Under the pieces are notes generated by a model that saw nothing but the letters and a program-made list of their open reading frames with translations, did no database searches and was not told the DNA's origin. Position numbers and translations under genes: made by a program. From positions 9,525,888 to 9,589,887 of the forward strand of contig NC_092676.1 of the NCBI RefSeq assembly GCF_964355755.1: DNA of 64,000 nucleotides, read 5' to 3'. The stretch is from Antedon mediterranea. Taxonomy: Eukaryota; Animalia; Echinodermata. Positions 39,021 to 51,768 of this stretch are shown one piece after another. How positions within the stretch are numbered: the first letter of the stretch is position 1; each line of letters starts with the position of its first letter.

Positions 39021-40624
39021 CCATTTTGTTTTCATTTTTTTTAAATCTTTTTTTTTATTCACATGCTCACAGTTTCTGTTTGCATAACCATGGTAGTGTT
39101 TCACATTGGTTATAGTGTAGGCCTATTACATTACAGTTACTTTTTATGATGATTTTGTTGCATTCAAAACCGTATAAACTACAGTATATTTCATATTCAT
39201 CTTCCTCATATAGTCTAATTCCTCATAGTCCAATTCATCATAGTCTAATTCATCATCTTCAATGCCATAGTCTGGTGTGTCTTCTTTTTGTTCTTCTTCT
39301 TCTTCTCTTGTCCTGTTTTCACACTCATCTCATTCACACTCGAACAGTTAATCCTAGAGCAGGTGACTTTGGAGTCTGCCTTCTTCCTTTCCAAGGTACA
39401 GGATTTCCTGGCATATCGATAAAATTTTCGTTCGAGTTTCTTCAGTAACATCTGAAAATGAAGTTTGTATAGTATCTTCTGCAGCACCAACACACTTTGC
39501 GATTAGATTAAACAACTCATATGGCACAATTTCAGATATGTCAACATCATTAATGTCTGCTGCTCTTGGAGGCCATTCACTCTGCATACCTTTGTTTGAT
39601 TTGATGGCATTATTTACTATCGTACCTGCAAGTATATTTTATAGCATTCGATGAATGAAACATAGTAATAATAAATTTATATAAAGCATATACTGTATTG
39701 TGTACAGCATTTATGATCGACACCACTTACTATCATAACAGTTTTGTTTTTTGAGTGCATACAGCTTTCACCTCTTTGATCCACAGCATTTCCTTAATTA
39801 TGCAATAACATTTATTGTTGTTATTTAAAAATAAACCAATATATACAAGTTATTGTATTTTAACCGTACCTGCAAAGTATAGAGTCCTTAGTTTGTCTCT
39901 ATTGTCACCATCAGTGGAGATTTCGTGTGTTGTAGAAGTAGTTGGAATATCTATGTCATACTCTGATGATTCATCTGTCTCCGTTGTACTTTTTCCTGAT
40001 GACAAAAATGGATCAGCCACAAATCCAGGGGATACATTGCTAAAGTACACCAGAACTGATTCATTTCTAATTAAGAAAAAATAAACAAAATATTTAGTTT
40101 GACCAATCCACAAAAACATTTTTTTTTAAATTATCCCTGGTGAAATAATCATTTAATATAAACACACTAAGCAACTAACCTTCTTGTGGGTGAATGAAAA
40201 ATTAGGTTAGGATAATCCATCCTGAGCTTCTTCTTCAACACGTCTGATTTATAAATAACAGATTAATTGATTATAATTAATTGTAACACAGATACAATGA
40301 AGAAATTATTACAGCAACTGGATCTCAGAAATATTACAATTATTTCATCGTTTTTAAGAAGGGATCGACAGCCTACCTTATAGTTGACAAGTAAACATTT
40401 TCTGTTTTTTTCAATTGATTTCATGAAAAGCTTTTGGAGTTTTGCGAGTCTTGGTATCTCCTGTCCATACTGTAACCGTTTATCAATTACATCTCTGCAA
40501 AATACCTTATAGCTTTGCTTATATGTTAAAAAAACACTTTCCAATTCCCTGTAAAAAATAATAAATATTATTAAAATATATTTTAATATTTTATAGATTT
40601 TGGTGTTTAAAAATTCAACATTTA

Positions 40625-40799
40625 CAGGGAATAATTTCGCCAGTGTAGCATAGCAAAAAGCTATACAAAACAACCTTTTTGCTACACATTTCTACAATTG
40701 TGTAGCAAAAAATACAATACAAAACTATGTTTCTGGACTAAAAAATCAGTTTGATTAGCAATTTTGCTAAACAAAATTTTCAAATGAAATTTTTCCCTG
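40625..40799. mobile_element. 175-bp MITE with CAGGGAA termini and 5-bp TSD ATTTA
   Basis: attta|CAGGGAATAATTTC...GAAATTTTTCCCTG|attta. Confidence 0.7.
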
Positions 40800-41873
40800 A
40801 TTTAGACTGAAGCAAATAAAAAAAAAAAATTAAAAATGTAAATTCAAAAAACCAACAAGAGTTTTAGAAAGTTACGTTTTACTCACTTTCCAGAATATAG
40901 AGCCTATATTGGTATTTAACTAAAATTAATTGTGTAGCCTACTGAATAATATATACTGTATAATATAATATGGCCTAGGGCCTAGGCCTACGTAGTAGTA
41001 CTGGTACTACAGTAGTAGAAAGCCCAATCAACAACCAAGCACAGAAACTCTAAGGGCACAATATAGATCTAGGCCTATCTATATTATAGATATATAGATC
41101 AGTAGCACCCTATATACTGTATCATTTAACTATATTATTAACTCTTAGAGTATTCTGATAATAATCGAAACCAAATATTACCTTTTTTAGTCGAGATGTA
41201 TCAGTATATCGCCTGTAACAGGTAGCATGAAAACCTAAGCCTGGATGCTCGCGTACGACATCGTCAAACGATTTACCTTCATCAGACATACCAAGAAGCT
41301 CCGTCAAATGTATGGCGATTTCCTTGCCGTATCCATCTAATTTTATCCAACTCTTTGAACAGAGCAACACTTTATACCATCGAATCTCAGTAATTGGACT
41401 GATAATTTCATTTGAATGCTTGTAAATTTGGAAAAAACATTTCAACTTTACTTTGTCTGAGCGAGAAGATCCTTCCTCGTCGGACGCCATTTCGTGTTTA
41501 CATCGTGTGATTTTGACGTCTGCTGCCTAAACGTCGCGTATGATTGGTTTAACTGATGTCATGTGATACAAAATGGCAACAGCGAAAATATATTCTTTTA
41601 TACTTTTAAAATCAAGATTTCTTTAAAATGTCAGGAAAATTTTCGTGGAACTTTTTAATACGTGATTAATTTATTTTTATGTATATGAATCTAGAGAGTT
41701 CACTTATTATGCTTAATGAGGAACAAGAAAAAATGTTTTTATCTTCACCGTAAGGCCTAAGAGATGAGTATTAAAAATGAATTACATCGTCGATGTTATT
41801 GACACGATAAAGATTATTGAGCTTAGTTTTCTAGAAACGTTGATTTTTTCCTACTAGTAAATTGATTAAAAAC

Positions 41874-42147
41874 ATGTTCATCAAAGAAATCATCATAGAG
41901 TTGGTTGTATTACATTGTTTTAGCTGTTTCAGTTTTTTCGAACCGTCGAACTGTGTTAATAGGGGTAAGTTGTTTCACCTCCACACCACTAAAAGAGTTG
42001 TTACTGTTCTTGTTCATAATCAGTGTACCATGTCCCGCATACCTGGCTCAGCCTATATATTGTGCCAGTTCTGCGGTACATTTCATTTCGAAACCTGAGC
42101 TGCACTGACGAGATCTAATAAGATCGAAACAGTACTGTCTGCAGAAT

Positions 42148-42243
<96 letters not shown>

Positions 42244-45200
42244 CGCATCTGTTCTTTAGATTTAGATTTTCAACATCGTACCGAAGAACTAACCGGACAT
42301 CTCTGGAATAGAAATTACAAGAAGGAATACATCGAAACTGCTATAAAAAAAGCAAAAAATATTCCTCGATGTCAAACACTGACGTACAAACCACGTCAGC
42401 CAAAAAATTCGACCAGAGTGCCATTGGTCACAACCTATCACCCTAGGTTGCCTCAATTACGGACTATTATTGAGAAACATATGCCCATTCTACAGTCCAC
42501 AGAACGTCTCAGGACTGTTTTTCCGGAACCACCCATTATTGAATTTCGTAGACCTCCCAACCTTCGTGATATAATATACTAATATTATTAGTCAGATCCA
42601 AATTTAAGAGTGAAATTAACTCTCATGACAGCCAAAATTTTGGCAGTCACCTTTGCGCGCGGCAAATCTTGCAAAACTTGTTCGTTGGTTGATTCTTCTG
42701 AAAAATTTAAGAGTAACCAAACTGGCCGCATTTTTCGGATAAGACAATCAATTAATTGTCTAACCAAAAACGTTATTTATCTCATATACTGTAATATTTA
42801 TGGCAAATAGTACGTCGGAGAAACAAAAAACACTCTCCGTATGAGAATGACACAACACAGATCAGCTATCAAAACATTAAAGCTTGATCAACCTGTAGCC
42901 GAACATTTTAATTCAGCTGGTCACTCGATTGCAAATTTCAGAGTTATTGCAATAGACCACGATGTCAAATGGAGCGACACAACTCGCAAAGACAAGGAAA
43001 ACCACTGGGAATTACAACTTAGACCACAAAACCTTTTGGACTTAACATTAGGAACATACTCCCAGATCGGTAAAATTATTCCATTGACTACCAAAATTTA
43101 AGTTTCAATATTAACCGCCATTTAAACTGTTTTTTTAGTCTCATTCCAAAATTGTTTATATCTCTACCAAGCTACCTTCTTTGTTTTCTACTCTTATTCA
43201 GACTCCACCCTGTCGCCCTTTGTTATATTTCTTTTATTCCTGTCCACCCAGGCAGCACTTGCCAGCTTTATACTATGACCAGGGAAGAGTTGTAATTTAA
43301 CTCTTCCCTGCTATGACGTTATCCAAATTCCTTCACTTGAATTGCACTGATGAAGGGCTAGTGTTGCCCGAAAGCTCTGCTAACTTTTCTGGCTGTTTTA
43401 CTTCTCGTTTTGATTTAGCTGTTCGCTTTTATTTTGTATCTCCATTAAGATCAAGCCACTGATACCCACAGAATTGTCATTTTTTTCAGTAATTTGCCTT
43501 TGGATTTATATATATATATAAGTTTGTGTTAACTTTTTATTAGTGTGATATAAGTTGGTTTTATTATATTGAAGTACAACATCTTACGCATATAATTATA
43601 TAATTTTATTTATTAAACTCCAATTGAAATGATAACAAAAAGTACACTGAACTCAGACAACCTGCTCCATTCTGGTTTTGCGATGGAAGTACATTTTTGA
43701 AGAGATACATATGTATTAATTTAGATCAAAAAGGCATTTAAATTAGCTTTAGATCGTTTGTAGTATTTTGATTAATTAATGGGAACATCTCTACAAGACG
43801 TGGAATCGTTGGAAAAAACAAAATTAGCCTAGATGACTGAGTTTCGTCAGTTGCCTGTCGAAGTTTCTGTTGCCTTTCAGCCTAGCTAGGCCTAGGCCTG
43901 TTAGTATTAAGCCTAGGCGTTTTAGCCTTGCTAGGCCTAGGATTGTTTGGTCGTTTGTTGACATAATTAACACTACATTAGGTGTGTTTATAAAATCCAT
44001 ATAAATATTATATTTAATATTATTACTATACTGTTTTAATCAATGTGAATCAAATGTAGGCCTTAGGCTTACCTTTTATTTGATTCAAATGACAGGAATC
44101 TATTTAGATGTTATATAAAACAAATAACGAATGTTTTATTTGTGTAATGGTAAAAATAATGCCATTTGGTAAAAGGTTATATATCAACTCGGCTTCGCCT
44201 CGTTGAAATATAACATTTCATCATTCACCTCATGCCATTATTTTTACCATTACACTCATAAACATTCATAATTTGTATAATATGACACATTTATCTTTTA
44301 CATCAAAAAAAAAATGTACTCCGTAACTATCAACAGTGCTGCAATAAATACTACATTAAAACATTTTTCCCCTTCAAACGGTCCTAGTCTGTTTCAGTCC
44401 ACTGCTGGGCGGAGGCATTGTTGAACTCACAATGTGAATACGCCCACACATGAGAAAACAACCACAAATGTAAAAATGCATCACCCACAAATGTGAAAAC
44501 AACCACGCATGTGAAACCGCATCACCCACAAATGTGAAAACAACCACAAATGTAAAAACGCATCACCCACGCATCATGCACCCAAAAGTATTGAATCAAC
44601 CCAATATAATGTATACAAATAGGCTTTAAACACAGACATTGAAATTAACTCGTGAAATATTAAGTTTGTATCACAATTGTTTGGGTCTAGCACTAGATTT
44701 GATATGAATTGGTTTTTTTTTTACACATTTGTGGGCGAAAATGTCTTCTTTTTTTGTAGGCGTTATCACAGTTGTGGGCGATGATCGTTTTCACATTTGT
44801 GGGCGCTGTTTTTACATTTGTGGGTGATGTGTTTTCACATTTGTGGGTGATGTGTTTTCACATTTGTGGTTGTTTTCACATTTGTGGTTGTTTTCACATT
44901 TGTGGTTTTTTCACATTTGTGGGTTCAACAGGCTTCTCTCAATCTTTGCAGTCTCTTTTGAGCCAGTTGTTTCCATTATTGCCGCTAAACTCACTGATGT
45001 CATATCTCGCCATCCTATGTTTATGTCAGTTAGGCCTAAGATGTCAGTGACCATTACGTGTCAATATGTTGTCTTGTTCTCAGAGATAGTTAGCAGGATA
45101 CGTTATTTATTACGTTGTTATTTGCTGATACCCTTCAGATTGTATTGATGTTGGTTTTGCCTTAGGTTTTTCTATATTATCTTGAGGCCTGCCTACCTTC

Positions 45201-47697
45201 TGTGGGGCTCTTTTATGTCTTTTTTAACAAGAATAATATCATCAGAAAATCAAAGATGGATATGCGTTTTTGATCGACTGTTACACCTATCTCTTCCCAT
45301 TCCCGACGTCTTCTATGGTTGCCGTCTTATTCCGGACTAACATCTGCCCAATTATATTGTCGAAAGCCTTTCGTAATTAAAAAACCCCCAGGCAAAGATT
45401 ATTAAACCTGTACTTATTTGATTTCTCAGTTAGTCAAGTATTGGATATGTTAGAGGCTCTGAAGCCTTCTTGCTCCTTGTGTTTACTCTCTCATTTGATA
45501 ATATTTCTATTCGTGACCAAAATTAATATTTTATACGGCTGAGATAGTACAGTAGATCTCATTAATATATATGTCAAGATCTTTATTATTTCTTCTTCCG
45601 AAAGCTGGATAATGTTAGGTGAAAATATTTGTAATCGAGTAATTTAATTTTTGTAATACCTTTTTTGTTTTGCCATTTCAAATCTTTATAAATCACATGA
45701 AACACATACTGTAGGTACAACATGAAACGTTTTGTCTACATTGAATGATCATGATTGTTATTACTGCAAGTAATTCCTAGAATTAGAAAGATTTTTTAAT
45801 TTTATACAAATTAGTTATTTCGTACCTTTTATGCAGTAATGATCCAATTTAATTCAATTCCCTTTTCATGGATATAATTTCAAGGCCTCAGTGGCCGTAT
45901 ACACTAATTATCTTTATTATATTATAATTATTATTATTCACACACATTAACAATATTTCCTATCTAAATTCAATTATTAATTAACTTGGATATTTATTAA
46001 AGTGAGTAAAATACTTTATAGGCCTATTTAAGGATAAAATCTTACTTAAGTGTTATTGGTGAATACGGCCACTGTAAAATACATACGCATGCGTTGCATA
46101 ATAATTGTTTCTCTTTTCGCGAGCCAAAAAAAAAACAAAAATAAAAAAACCAAACCTCTTGAATTATTGTTAGTCATTAATAGTTTTAGGTTAACCTTAC
46201 AAAAAAATGTACAATAAAACTTAGGATATATTTCGTTCTTGTGAGTTCTATAAAAAGGGCAGATTAACATAAAATGAACTCCATCTTCGATTAAACTTAA
46301 AATACAGACTATCCCAGTTAAACCAAATAAAAATACAATTATTAAATTGTGACACAACTATTCTGTTATAGACATTCACACAAGTGTGTTTTTGGGATAA
46401 ACTGTTTGCCTTTTTGAAACATGTACAGTGCAGTATAATTATGCCAGTTAAAGCTTTTTTTACGAACATTTGCTATTTGTTATCCTAACTTAAATATTTA
46501 TCAATATGTATACCAAGATATTTATAATTGTCTACCCTGATAATTGAATGCCATCAATATTAATTGATGATTATTTCACGATACTTTTGTTTTCGGTTAT
46601 CACATTCATAAAACTGTTATCTATCTTTGCTATTGATTCATCCTCCAAACGTTTCCTTTTTGTATTATTATCTTTCCATTTGTATTAATTTACAATTTTA
46701 ATAATTCAGATTTAAAATTATATAGTTATATACACTTTCTAAAATATGTCAAATTCAGATTTACCATGTCCAGAACCATGGCTGATGTTTGAAGAAAGGT
46801 GTTTTGCGTTATTTGAAGACAGAACGACATGGTTTGAGGCAGAAAAGAAGTGTATAAATTATGGGGCAGATTTAGCGATGTTGAAAACTGAGGAACTCAG
46901 CGAAATGGCCATAAATATGACAGATGGAAAAAATATGTTCATATGGATTGGGCTCACAGACCTAGTAAGTTGAAGTTAACAATATTTTGTCACAAATATT
47001 GTTATACACAAATTTTTACTTGGTTGTATCAATTATGACGATGTGACAATTTACTCTGGCTATAATTTGTAGAAAGTTGAAGGGAGATTCGTGTGGAATG
47101 ACGGGACACCTCTTGGTTACGACGACTATTCACCTTGGGGTAATGTAGAACCGAACAACAGAGGGACAAACTTTCAGATACCCGCAGACTGCGTGCTTCT
47201 CCACGTCAACAATAACATTGGGCAATGGAAAGACAAAAACTGTGAGGAATCTCTATTCTATATGTGTAGTAGAAATGCAACGCAATGTACGTAGTTTCAT
47301 TGAAAATTGTGTAAGATCGATACTATTAAAATGGCATATTCTATATCACCTATAGACAAAATGGTCAATATTTTACTATACTTTAGTACCTTAACATTCA
47401 TTCTAGCTTTGTAATTGTCATAAAATAAATATATTATAGTATACAAATAATGTTTATAAGTGTGATTGTATAAATGATTTCTGAATACCATGCAAAAACA
47501 TAGCAAATAAATAACGAACATAATCTAAGAAAACGTCGTACATAATAAAAAAAATTGAAATATTATTTATAATCGATGAAACCAGTCAACATTTGACAGG
47601 ATACACGTTACCGGTATGTGTTATAATAAGCAGCATAATGTAAAGACCATTACGATTGTATCTTGCAGGTGTTCCCGAACCGAAATATTATTGCTAA
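41874..47697 (+). CDS. C-type lectin domain protein, probably secreted (EPN motif). Exons 41874-41964 (signal peptide-like, less certain), 46759-46964, 47073-47286, 47669-47697
   Basis: CTLD motifs CPEPW...CF, WFEAEKKC, WIGLTD, WND GTP, EPNN, DCV and WKDKNC...FYMC. Splice phases are compatible (1,0,1). Exon 1 MFIKEIIIELVVLHCFSCFSFFEPSNCVNR ends in G|GTAAGT and joins in frame. Confidence 0.88.
42151..42239. repeat. (TA)n microsatellite, ~44 units
   Basis: Seen directly. Confidence 0.99.
42240..43506 (+). mobile_element. Penelope-like retroelement, 5'-truncated (RT thumb, GIY-YIG endonuclease, pLTR)
   Basis: RVPLVTTYHPRLP, FRRPPNLRD, CKTC, NCLTKNVIYLIYC...YVGETKNTLRMRMTQHRS, PVAEHFN; flanked by (TA)n on both sides. 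Confidence 0.92.
43342..43382 (+). ncRNA. Minimal type I hammerhead ribozyme in the Penelope pLTR
   Basis: ttGCA-CTGATGA-a-GGGC tagtgtt GCCC-GAAA-GC-TC-TGCta: intact catalytic core, 4-bp stem II, short stem I and a palindromic AGCT stem III. Confidence 0.8.
43670..44280. repeat. Interspersed repeat; an inverted copy lies in a DNMBP intron at ~56690-57370
   Basis: Shared blocks, e.g. atttagatcaaaaaggcatttaaatta and catctctacaagacgtg.aatcgttggaaaaa, in opposite orientation. Confidence 0.85.
44420..44930. mobile_element. Foldback MITE built of CCACAAATGTGAAAA subrepeats, inserted in an RTE-like 3' fragment
   Basis: TGTTGAAC...GTTCAACA termini with inverted arrays of the subrepeat. Confidence 0.75.
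46040..46500 (-). mobile_element. Degenerate LINE C-terminal fragment (Cys/His knuckle)
   Basis: CILSLIEDGVHFMLICPFY matches the C..C...EDE.HF...C..Y motif. Confidence 0.55.
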
Positions 47698-50600
47698 TGA
47701 TGCTTACGAATTAAATTATGGTATATATAACAATGCGTTGAAGATATAACACACAGTTGGCAGTTTAAAAGACAACTTTAAATACTCAGTTGCCATAGTC
47801 ACAAATAATTCTTTTAGTAGTTTGCAATTGCTTCCCATCATACCTTTTGATTTTCAATTTCTATTTATATATAAACCTGACTATCATTATCTGTTTGATC
47901 ATTTCCTACAATATTATAGCCATAGTCTCTTTGGGTTGTCTTGATTTTCATTAAGCTGATTTTTTATTTAAAAACAAATCTTTTTTCCTTTTTATTATTT
48001 CTTTAAACCTTATTTCAATATTGGCAATATATTATTGTTTATGGAAGTTGTTGTTTTTGTTCTTCTTCAGGAATTAGCAGTCCAGTGTAGGACATCCCCA
48101 TCCCTCTCCAAAGCTCTTCATGTTACTTCTCTCTTTTATCAGTTGTTTTCATATTTCCTCATATTATTTTCCATCTCATTTTGGGGTTTCCTCTTTTGCT
48201 TTTCCTCATATACCCTTGTTAAATGTAAATGAAGATGGAGTATAGGAATATCCTGTGTCTTGTAGCCTGATATGCATTGTACATTGGTATGAACGACAGA
48301 TAGAATAACTTTCTTCTCCCCTCTTCGTTTCGAGTGCTTCCACCAAACGGCGATTATCCGTCTGTCCATGACAGGTGCTGAATGAAAACACTTTACTCTT
48401 TCGAAAGATGAATTGGATTTATTAAAGTGCACACGAGCCAGATGTACACTGGACCTCCACTAGAACAATGCTCGAGGAGCCCTACTAATTTCCAGTAATC
48501 TAGCAGCTCTAGTTTTCAAATTGTTGTTACTCAGCCCAACATGTCCAACAAAAATATTTATTTTAGGGGAGCATTACATCTTTAACACACACGGAAAAAT
48601 ATGGGAATTGGTTGACACTCACAGCCACGTCTAACAGATTAACAGCATGTCAAACTGCATTTTACACCAGAATCGTCCTATCCAATCATAAAATATTTAT
48701 TTTTTACATTTACAATATCGAAAATGTCAGCAGTTTGTCAAAAATGTTGTAATTGTTGTATATCGTAATTATGTTATGTGTTTGCTTCAGGTTGACCAAC
48801 TAACATAGTTGAGGCACCTGTCTTTCATCACCTTTCAAATTTTGTTTTTTGTTATTGGCGGAAATTTGAATAAATAAATAATGTTAATTAATTCCTCGTT
48901 GGTAAAACTTATTTTATTGATTACTTCCTTCATTAGTATAACAAAGAATATTTCTCATTTATGTTTTATCATTAAATACAATTGTGGTATACTGTAGATA
49001 TAGGAGTGAATCTATTGTAACAATTTTATTTATCATAATAATTGAGTAACCATGATGATTGCTAATAATATATCAAAAACATTTTACTTATCCATAATAA
49101 AAATGGGAACCCCGTGCTACTTATTTAAAATCCAAAAAGACAGTTGAGAGTGCATTTTGCGATGGTCTAGAGGTTCATATTCCCAAAATTATTTCACATC
49201 AGCCCAACCAAGGCGAGTGTAAATTCACCGTTGAATCACTGCCATCTGAACAACTGTAAGCCCATAATAAGATGTCACGATAGTGATTTAGAAACTAATA
49301 GTACGTACTCTAGAAAAGAATATTACAAAATTAGCGGTTACAAGTAGGATTATTTCTTGTTTTTATTTATTTTGTTATTTCTTATTTTGTGTACGTAACA
49401 AAGTAGTTTGCAACGATACGGTCTTTCTTTAAATCGTTTGGTTATCGCTCATGCATTCCTTCATTAACTTCAATCAAATAAATTTTAAAAATTAGATGCC
49501 CGGTTTAAATTTCATATTCGTAAAAAATGAGACACATTATGATCTTTTAAAGCACCAAAATACAATTAAATAGCAATAAAACCAATTCATCGGACGGCTT
49601 TGTAGAATTCGTTCAAGCATAACCACAGATCAAAGTTATACTTAGTAAGTAGTAATACTTTATATTTTCTATAGCAGACTGCAAGCTCATCCTAAGCATT
49701 TTACACATATAACTACTTTCTGTTTTTTTTAAACACTTTTTGTTATAATAAGTCATGGTTCTTTTACTGCCTACATGTGGTAGTGGCTCACGCGTGAATG
49801 GAAAACTTGGGTGCAATTCACGTTTAAGAACTTTATAATTTATACCTTATCTTTTCCGAATGTTTACAACTTCTATGTTATATTTCAACAATTGTAAATG
49901 AGTGCCCTAATTCAATTAATTGGTTTTCATGGCACTTATATTATTTGTTATTTTTAAATTTTCTCACAATTTTATTGAAATAGTTGCATACTGCCTTTAC
50001 TTTTATGATATTTTTACATTGCTCAGAAATCAATTTAATTACTGTATGTAGATAAGTCTGTGGTGTCTCTCTACAAGAGTTACTAGAAGCTACCAGTCTG
50101 TAGGATCACAGGACTATTTTTAAACAATTATTTATTTATTTTATGACTGTTATTCAGTAAGTTCATAAACATCGGAAAACTAGTTTGTTAAGAAGGAAGA
50201 TGCATTTAGCCTAGGCTAACTTAAAAAAAAATATTTTTCTGTAGTTTGACGAAGTTTTCAAACTGGTCTACACTGGTAAACTGTTTACCAAACTCAAAGT
50301 TTTCAAACTAATGATTTCAAACTAAAATGTTAGGGTGTAGATCGACTAGGCTAAGATATGTTTAACTAATTATAATATTATCATTTCAGAAATAAATGGA
50401 AAACTCTCAGTCGATTGAATTCAGTTCTCACGAAGAAGTAATATAGTAATAATAATTTATGTTAATATGTTATCACCTGTGTGTCAAACCATGACTTGTT
50501 ACTAAGATTCGATTCTGCGATTGTTTGTAAAAAAGGGAAGGTATTAGTTACGCTAGCTACGGAATTTTACCTCCAGCTAAAAGCATCTCAAATAGGCCTA

Positions 50601-51598
50601 TCCATATTCTAAACGTTCATAATTTGTCCATTTACGATTTACTTCTAACATATTTCTACTGCACAAACTTTCTGCAATATCATTTTTAACGGCGTATCTT
50701 TTTCTTTCTTTCGTTCTTTTTGCTGAAGAACGTGTTTAAAATTATTGGAATTTTCTCAACAATAATTGCGGATAAAACCTACTACTACTAGTACTACCTT
50801 TCCATGGCATGATCCTATCTAACAACTGTTCATTCTTCTGCCTTTAAGATTTTAGGATTTACTCGATGTTGTTTTCACGATCATGCTTTTCTCTGTGTCG
50901 TCCGATTCTGGAATACGGGGCTCATGTGTGCTTTCCACATTTTGGTTTCCCACATTATCTCATTAAAAAACCTCAATGAATTCTCACAAGATACTTCCTT
51001 TACGGGTAAACACTTTGGACGTCCCACTTATATGAGAAGATATCTTTCCTTCATTGCCATCTCCTCGGTATGACAACTATACTATCATTTTTGTGAAGTG
51101 AATAATACAGTATATAGTATTATTGACTGTGTTGTATCTTCCTTCTTTTCTCCAATAGGCTATGACGTCAACAGTGTGACCTTCCCTCATGTGACCCTCC
51201 TTCCTTTGCTCGAACTATTCTCACTCACTCTTTCCTAGATTCTGTAACTTTTAAATGGTTTTGGATTTGAACGTTTAGTATTTTTCATTTCAGTTTCTTT
51301 ATTGTTTAATTTACCTAAATGTCATTTTCTTTGCACATTTATTGAATTATTGTTTTAGAATGTTATCAACATTTGTATTTCAGTAAGCTATTAAAACTAT
51401 TTATTTGTATTTATGCTAAAGGAAAATCTTCATACAGTGAGTTAAGTTCGCTTATGACAACTCTTGGCATTTGGGTTACTTTATTTTGTTATTTATTATC
51501 TGTACATTTTTGTTTGAATTTGAACAAATCAGCTAAATCAACAGCTTATTGTTTTATGTTTGTATTCATTCCACTGTTACATGCCTATGAAGGGTTTA

Positions 51599-51768
51599 TA
51601 AGCTCTGTCTACACTACCAAACTTAGTTTGACAAAAAAAGTGTATGGTAATATGGTAGTGATGTGCCCAATTAATATGGTAGTAAGTGATATGACATCAT
51701 CATGTCCATATATGGGCACATCGCATTTTTATTGTCACATAAACTTTGATAGTGTGGACAGAGCTTAA
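51599..51768. mobile_element. Harbinger-type MITE
   Basis: taa|GCTCTGTCTACACTA...TAGTGTGGACAGAGC|tta. Confidence 0.75.

Larger units (their letters stand above)
38060..41759 (-). mobile_element. Academ-like DNA transposon, internally deleted, with a spliced transposase remnant (exons ~41490-41182, 40548-40377, ~40243-40180, ~40066-39869, ~39625-39340)
   Basis: TIRs TAGGCCTTACGG(C/T)GAAG, subterminal IR GTTCCTCAT.AAGCATAATA and 3-bp TSD AGA on both sides. Protein motifs FHATCYRRYT, LKKKLRMDYPNLIF, WPP...VPYELFNLIA, KILSICQEILY..KGRRQTPKSPALGLTVR. Confidence 0.8.

Noticed and set aside
38684-39115. Hydrophobic ORFs resembling membrane proteins (also 44772-45148 and 42048-42248)
   Set aside because: They are translations of mini- or microsatellites.
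37752-48585. One giant Kolobok element carrying the lectin gene between two terminal fragments
   Set aside because: Both fragments resemble the same end type, both are degenerate, and the left one lacks a TTAA TSD; independent remnants are more likely.
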